Assembly: GCA_965644295.1 (NCBI GenBank)
Contig: CBFFRP010000348.1
Location: forward strand, 62,001 to 126,000
Length of the DNA: 64,000 bases
Direction of reading: 5' to 3'
From: Paraphysomonas bandaiensis
Lineage: Eukaryota; Protista; Chrysophyceae
Shown: positions 59,139 to 64,000 of the stretch, piece after piece
Position numbering within the stretch: position 1 is the stretch's first letter
Layout of the letters: the number at the start of each line of letters is the position of its first letter
The notes under the pieces: generated by a model
Database searches by the model: none
What the model was told of the DNA's origin: nothing
The model's input: the letters and a program-made list of their open reading frames with translations, nothing else
Translations under genes and position numbers: made by a program

Positions 59139-62100
59139 TTACAAAATATCTTCGCGTGTTGATTTGAACAGTGTGTGGCTAATATACATCTTGTCTCTAT
59201 ACCTAGCAGGGGAGCTACTGATTTCCGAACAGCCAAAAACATCGGAATCTACAGCTTGGCGATACGGTTCCGTGTACCACTCCGAGAATGAGGTATAGCC
59301 AGGCAAGCGAGATGAAGCTGATGATCTTTCCCAATAGCTACTCGGGGAGAAGAGTCTTGAAGACACTGGGAAAACGCAGGAGCCTGACTTACTCACTTGT
59401 ACAACATCATGCGACGACGGTATGCAACCATTGCAAGCATTCCTTTCATCTTTATGCAACGGACTGTGCGCCATAACATGAGAAGTGTCTGGTGAATCAC
59501 GTGGTAAGGATGACAGCGAGCGCTTCATGTCATTGACATCCTTTATCACCATTTCCAACTTGATATCCATTTCACGAAGACACGAAGTTGCACTTTGCTC
59601 TGGATTGGTAAAACTATCGCTGAAAGCAGTGTGTGCGGAGTGGCAAGTACCCACTGATTCAGTGGTAGATGCCGCCAACATACTGGTCTTAAAGTAGTTG
59701 ATTTCTGACCCTGATGCGCAGTCACTGTACGTATCAGTAGCTTCTTCAATCTTAGACTTAGGTGATAGCTTACAGTTCCAGTCCACAACAAGGCCCAGCT
59801 TCGCTTCATCAATAGAATAAGAAGATTTTCCTACCTGACATTGCTCATCTGCGTCACTTGAAATATAGGTCCTACTACACCTGGGACCAGGTGACATGGC
59901 TACATCACGAAGTGGTGAGAAGCGCATTGGGCTACCTATGCGACGTACGCTAGTCGATACTCTGTTTTCCTTGTTGTCGTGCAGGCGTTTTTCATTACGA
60001 GCTATTCTTTTCTCCAACTGATTCTGCCACCACCTCAAATACGAATCCTTATCGTCAGAAGAACTAGCAGCACTCTGGCAACTATCGGATGACATCATAG
60101 CGAAATCTGAAGCCATGCTTTCGACAAGGTCCAAGTCAGGGACAGATGTTAATCTGTCAGTCAATGATACTCCATCAGTAACCTGCGACAGTAAACTATC
60201 TTTCGACTGACCAAACTCGCCACCTTGTAATTCTCCAATACCACTCAAAAATCTAACTGGCTGACGGACACTTTTCACAGCAATGTGTGTGAGAAAGCCT
60301 ATCAGAGAAGGCTGACTTTTATCACAAGTATCCTTGCCCTCAATACAGGCGTTGCGAAAAGTATCCGAGAGTAGAACATTGCTAAGATTACAGATCCCAA
60401 TTGTAAAAACACCCCCCAAATGATCTCCTACAAGCCATTCTCTAAAAGGTGGAACATAAACAAAACGAGGCCTTAAACAAGACGACATCTTAAACCAACC
60501 AAATCTGCTCTCTACAACTGGTGACTCGGAAAAAACTGAAGTAGCATAATCTGACTCAGAAACATTCCTACTGCGCCTGCTCGAAGATGGTGAAGATCTA
60601 GATACCTTTGATGACTTCTTACTGCTTCTACTACCATGATCACGGTGATGACGACGTCTTCTCTTGCCATCATCCATCGACAAATTAGATACTAAGCGCT
60701 TCCACATTCCCTTCCCATCTCTACGTCGAACACCGTGCTTCTTCGTTGGCTTAACATCACTGACTGAACTAACTATACTGGACTCAACACTATGTACATC
60801 AGAATCGCTAGCATCGACTTCATCAATGATATTGGCCTCATCACTGGCGCCATCAGCATCTGACTCAGAAACATTCCTACTGCGCCTGCTCGAAGATGGT
60901 GAAGATCTAGATACCTTTGATGACTTCTTACTGCTTCTACTACCATGATCACGGCGATGACGACGTCTTCTCTTGCCATCACCCATCGACAAATTAGATA
61001 CTAAGCGCTTCCACATTCCCTTCCCATCTCTACGTCGAACACCGTGCTTCTTCGTTGGCTTAACATCACTGACTGAACTAACTATACTGGACTCAACACT
61101 ATGTACATCAGAATCGCTAGCATCGACTTCATCAATGATATTGGCCTCATCACTGGCGCCATCAGCATCTGACTCAGAAACATTCCTACTGCGCCTGCTC
61201 GAAGATGGTGAAGATCTAGATACCTTTGATGACTTCTTACTGCTTCTACTACCATGATCACGGTGATGACGACGTCTTCTCTTGCCATCACCCATCGACA
61301 AATTAGATACTAAGCGCTTCCACATTCCCTTCCCATCTTTACGTCGAACACCGTGCTTCTTCGTTGGCTTAACATCACTGACTGAACTAACTATACTGGA
61401 CTCAACACTATGCACATCAGAATCGCTAGCATCGACTTCATCAATGATATTGGCCTCATCACTGGCGTCATCAGCATCTGACTCAGAAACATTCCTACTG
61501 CGCCTGCTCGAAGATGGTGAAGATCTAGATACCTTTGATGACTTCTTACTGCTTCTACTACCATGATCACGGTGATGACGACGTCTTCTCTTGCCATCAT
61601 CCATCGACAAATTAGATACTAAGCGCTTCCACATTCCCTTCCCATCTCTACGTCGAACACCGTGCTTCTTCGTTGGCTTAACATCACTGACTGAACTAAC
61701 TATACTGGACTCAACACTATGTACATCAGAATCGCTAGCATCGACTTCATCAATGATATTGGCCTCATCACTGGCGCCATCAGCATCTGACTCAGAAACA
61801 TTCCTACTGCGCCTGCTCGAAGATGGTGAAGATCTAGATACCTTTGATGACTTCTTACTGCTTCTACTACCATGATCACGGTGATGACGACGTCTTCTCT
61901 TGCCATCATCCATCGACAAATTAGATACTAAGCGCTTCCACATTCCCTTCCCATCTCTACGTCGAACACCGTGCTTCTTCGTTGGCTTAACATCACTGAC
62001 TGAACTAACTATACTGGACTCAACACTATGTACATCACAATCGCTAGCATCGACTTCATCAATGATATTGGCCTCATCACTGGCGTCATCAGCATCTGAC

Positions 62101-64000
62101 TCAGAAACATTCCTACTGCGCCTGCTCGAAGATGGTGAAGATCTAGATACCTTTGATGACTTCTTACTGCTTCTACTACCATGATCACGGTGATGACGAC
62201 GTCTTCTCTTGCCATCACCCATCGACAAATTAGATACTAAGCGCTTCCACATTCCCTTCCCATCTCTACGTCGAACACCGTGCTTCTTCGTTGGCTTAAC
62301 ATCACTGACTGAACTAACTATACTGGACTCAACACTATGTACATCAGAATCGCTAGCATCGACTTCATCAATGATATTGGCCTCATCACTGGCGCCATCA
62401 GCATCTGACTCAGAAACATTCCTACTGCGCCTGCTCGAAGATGGTGAAGATCTAGATACCTTTGATGACTTCTTACTGCTTCTACTACCATGATCACGGC
62501 GATGACGACGTCTTCTCTTGCCATCACCCATCGACAAATTAGATACTAAGCGCTTCCACATTCCCTTCCCATCTCTACGTCGAACACCGTGCTTCTTCGT
62601 TGGCTTAACATCACTGCTGAGACTAACTATACTGGACTCAACACTATGCACATCAGAATCGCTAGCATCGACTTCATCAATGATATTGGCCTCATCACTG
62701 GCGTCATCAGCATCTGACTCAGAAACATTCCTACTGCGCCTGCTCGAAGATGGTGAAGATCTAGATACCTTTGATGACTTCTTACTGCTTCTACTACCAT
62801 GATCACGGTGATGACGACGTCTTCTCTTGCCATCATCCATCGACAAATTAGATACTAAGCGCTTCCACATTCCCTTCCCATCTCTACGTCGAACACCGTG
62901 CTTCTTCGTTGGCTTAACATCACTGACTGAACTAACTATACTGGACTCAACACTATGTACATCACAATCGCTAGCATCGACTTCATCAATGATATTGGCC
63001 TCATCACTGGCGTCATCAGCATCTGACTCAGAAACATTCCTACTGCGCCTGCTCGAAGATGGTGAAGATCTAGATACCTTTGATGACTTCTTACTGCTTC
63101 TACTACCATGATCACGGTGATGACGACGTCTTCTCTTGCCATCACCCATCGACAGATTAGATACTAAGCGCTTCCACATTCCCTTCCCATCTCTACGTCG
63201 AACACCGTGCTTCTTCGTTGGCTTAACATCACTGACTGAACTAACTATACTGGACTCAACACTATGTACATCAGAATCGCTAGCATCGACTTCATCAATG
63301 ATATTGGCCTCATCACTGGCGTCATCAGCATCTGACTCAGAAACATTCCTACTGCGCCTGCTCGAAGATGGTGAAGATCTAGATACCTTTGATGACTTCT
63401 TACTGCTTCTACTACCATGATCACGGTGATGACGACGTCTTCTCTTGCCATCACCCATCGACAAATTAGATACTAAGCGCTTCCACATTCCCTTCCCATC
63501 TCTACGTCGAACACCGTGCTTCTTCGTTGGCTTAACATCACTGACTGAACTAACTATACTGGACTCAACACTATGCACATCAGAATCGCTAGCATCGACT
63601 TCAATGATATTGGCCTCATCACTGGCGTCATCAGCATCTGACTCAGAAACATTCCTACTGCGCCTGCTCGAAGATGGTGAAGATCTAGATACCTTTGATG
63701 ACTTCTTACTGCTTCTACTACCATGATCACGGTGATGACGACGTCTTCTCTTGCCATCATCCATCGACAAATTAGATACTAAGCGCTTCCACATTCCCTT
63801 CCCATCTCTACGTCGAACACCGTGCTTCTTCGTTGGCTTAACATCACTGACTGAACTAACTATACTGGACTCAACACTATGTACATCACAATCGCTAGCA
63901 TCGACTTCATCAATGATATTGGCCTCATCACTGGCGTCATCAGCATCTGACTCAGAAACATTCCTACTGCGCCTGCTCGAAGATGGTGAAGATCTAGATA
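59139..64000 (-). CDS. Large repeat protein (more than 1550 aa, 5' end outside window): 103-aa basic/Ser-rich/acidic tandem repeats plus about 470-aa unique C-terminus
   Basis: Uninterrupted frame across more than 11 repeat units and 1.4 kb of unique sequence. The only indel seen in the array is 3 bp. Confidence 0.7.
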   Translation of the reverse strand, partial: SRSSPSSSRRSRNVSESDADDASDEANIIDEVDASDCDVHSVESSIVSSVSDVKPTKKHGVRRRDGKGMWKRLVSNLSMDDGKRRRRHHRDHGSRSSKKSSKVSRSSPSSSRRSRNVSESDADDASDEANIIEVDASDSDVHSVESSIVSSVSDVKPTKKHGVRRRDGKGMWKRLVSNLSMGDGKRRRRHHRDHGSRSSKKSSKVSRSSPSSSRRSRNVSESDADDASDEANIIDEVDASDSDVHSVESSIVSSVSDVKPTKKHGVRRRDGKGMWKRLVSNLSMGDGKRRRRHHRDHGSRSSKKSSKVSRSSPSSSRRSRNVSESDADDASDEANIIDEVDASDCDVHSVESSIVSSVSDVKPTKKHGVRRRDGKGMWKRLVSNLSMDDGKRRRRHHRDHGSRSSKKSSKVSRSSPSSSRRSRNVSESDADDASDEANIIDEVDASDSDVHSVESSIVSLSSDVKPTKKHGVRRRDGKGMWKRLVSNLSMGDGKRRRRHRRDHGSRSSKKSSKVSRSSPSSSRRSRNVSESDADGASDEANIIDEVDASDSDVHSVESSIVSSVSDVKPTKKHGVRRRDGKGMWKRLVSNLSMGDGKRRRRHHRDHGSRSSKKSSKVSRSSPSSSRRSRNVSESDADDASDEANIIDEVDASDCDVHSVESSIVSSVSDVKPTKKHGVRRRDGKGMWKRLVSNLSMDDGKRRRRHHRDHGSRSSKKSSKVSRSSPSSSRRSRNVSESDADGASDEANIIDEVDASDSDVHSVESSIVSSVSDVKPTKKHGVRRRDGKGMWKRLVSNLSMDDGKRRRRHHRDHGSRSSKKSSKVSRSSPSSSRRSRNVSESDADDASDEANIIDEVDASDSDVHSVESSIVSSVSDVKPTKKHGVRRKDGKGMWKRLVSNLSMGDGKRRRRHHRDHGSRSSKKSSKVSRSSPSSSRRSRNVSESDADGASDEANIIDEVDASDSDVHSVESSIVSSVSDVKPTKKHGVRRRDGKGMWKRLVSNLSMGDGKRRRRHRRDHGSRSSKKSSKVSRSSPSSSRRSRNVSESDADGASDEANIIDEVDASDSDVHSVESSIVSSVSDVKPTKKHGVRRRDGKGMWKRLVSNLSMDDGKRRRRHHRDHGSRSSKKSSKVSRSSPSSSRRSRNVSESDYATSVFSESPVVESRFGWFKMSSCLRPRFVYVPPFREWLVGDHLGGVFTIGICNLSNVLLSDTFRNACIEGKDTCDKSQPSLIGFLTHIAVKSVRQPVRFLSGIGELQGGEFGQSKDSLLSQVTDGVSLTDRLTSVPDLDLVESMASDFAMMSSDSCQSAASSSDDKDSYLRWWQNQLEKRIARNEKRLHDNKENRVSTSVRRIGSPMRFSPLRDVAMSPGPRCSRTYISSDADEQCQVGKSSYSIDEAKLGLVVDWNCKLSPKSKIEEATDTYSDCASGSEINYFKTSMLAASTTESVGTCHSAHTAFSDSFTNPEQSATSCLREMDIKLEMVIKDVNDMKRSLSSLPRDSPDTSHVMAHSPLHKDERNACNGCIPSSHDVVQVSKSGSCVFPVSSRLFSPSSYWERSSASSRLPGYTSFSEWYTEPYRQAVDSDVFGCSEISSSPARYRDKMYISHTLFKSTREDIL
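60551..64000. repeat. 309-bp tandem repeat array (more than 11 near-identical units, one of 306 bp)
   Basis: Shadow ORF starts recur every 309 bp (60664, 60973, 61282 ... 63445). Confidence 0.98.

Noticed and set aside
60664-63760. Series of 94-aa (+) and 69-aa (-) ORFs
   Set aside because: These are shadow frames generated by the 309-bp repeat of the long minus-strand ORF.
60551-64000. Regular repeat array as a CRISPR or RNA-gene array
   Set aside because: Units are contiguous and near-identical with no unique spacers, keep one reading frame, and lie in a eukaryotic context with no cas genes.

Overview
Compact eukaryotic nuclear DNA using the standard genetic code, with very short (about 44-60 nt) GT-AG introns. 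It is most likely a silicifying stramenopile such as a chrysophyte; this is inferred from a full-length silicon transporter and the overall gene set. Recognisable genes are the 3' part of VWA8, a Zn-finger/HAD protein, a DSP+gelsolin MAPK phosphatase, PIG-A, H2A.Z, a stefin, an SLC12 cation-chloride cotransporter, an EF-hand protein, an LRR protein, a Cys-rich membrane protein, a FAAH-like amidase, SIT, a two-pore K channel-like protein and DIS3L2. A large ORF built from a 309-bp tandem repeat runs off the right edge. Decayed Copia, Tc1/mariner and MITE sequences fill the spacers. The most striking structure is a 6-kb island (47715-53753) bounded by a perfect 53-bp direct repeat that duplicates the DIS3L2 stop-codon region. 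It carries an intact, intronless P-loop NTPase + restriction-endonuclease-fold (Crinkler/RHS-type) gene with a tandemly duplicated C-terminal tip, and is a candidate gene-3'-end-targeting mobile effector element. All calls were made by eye; no searches were run.
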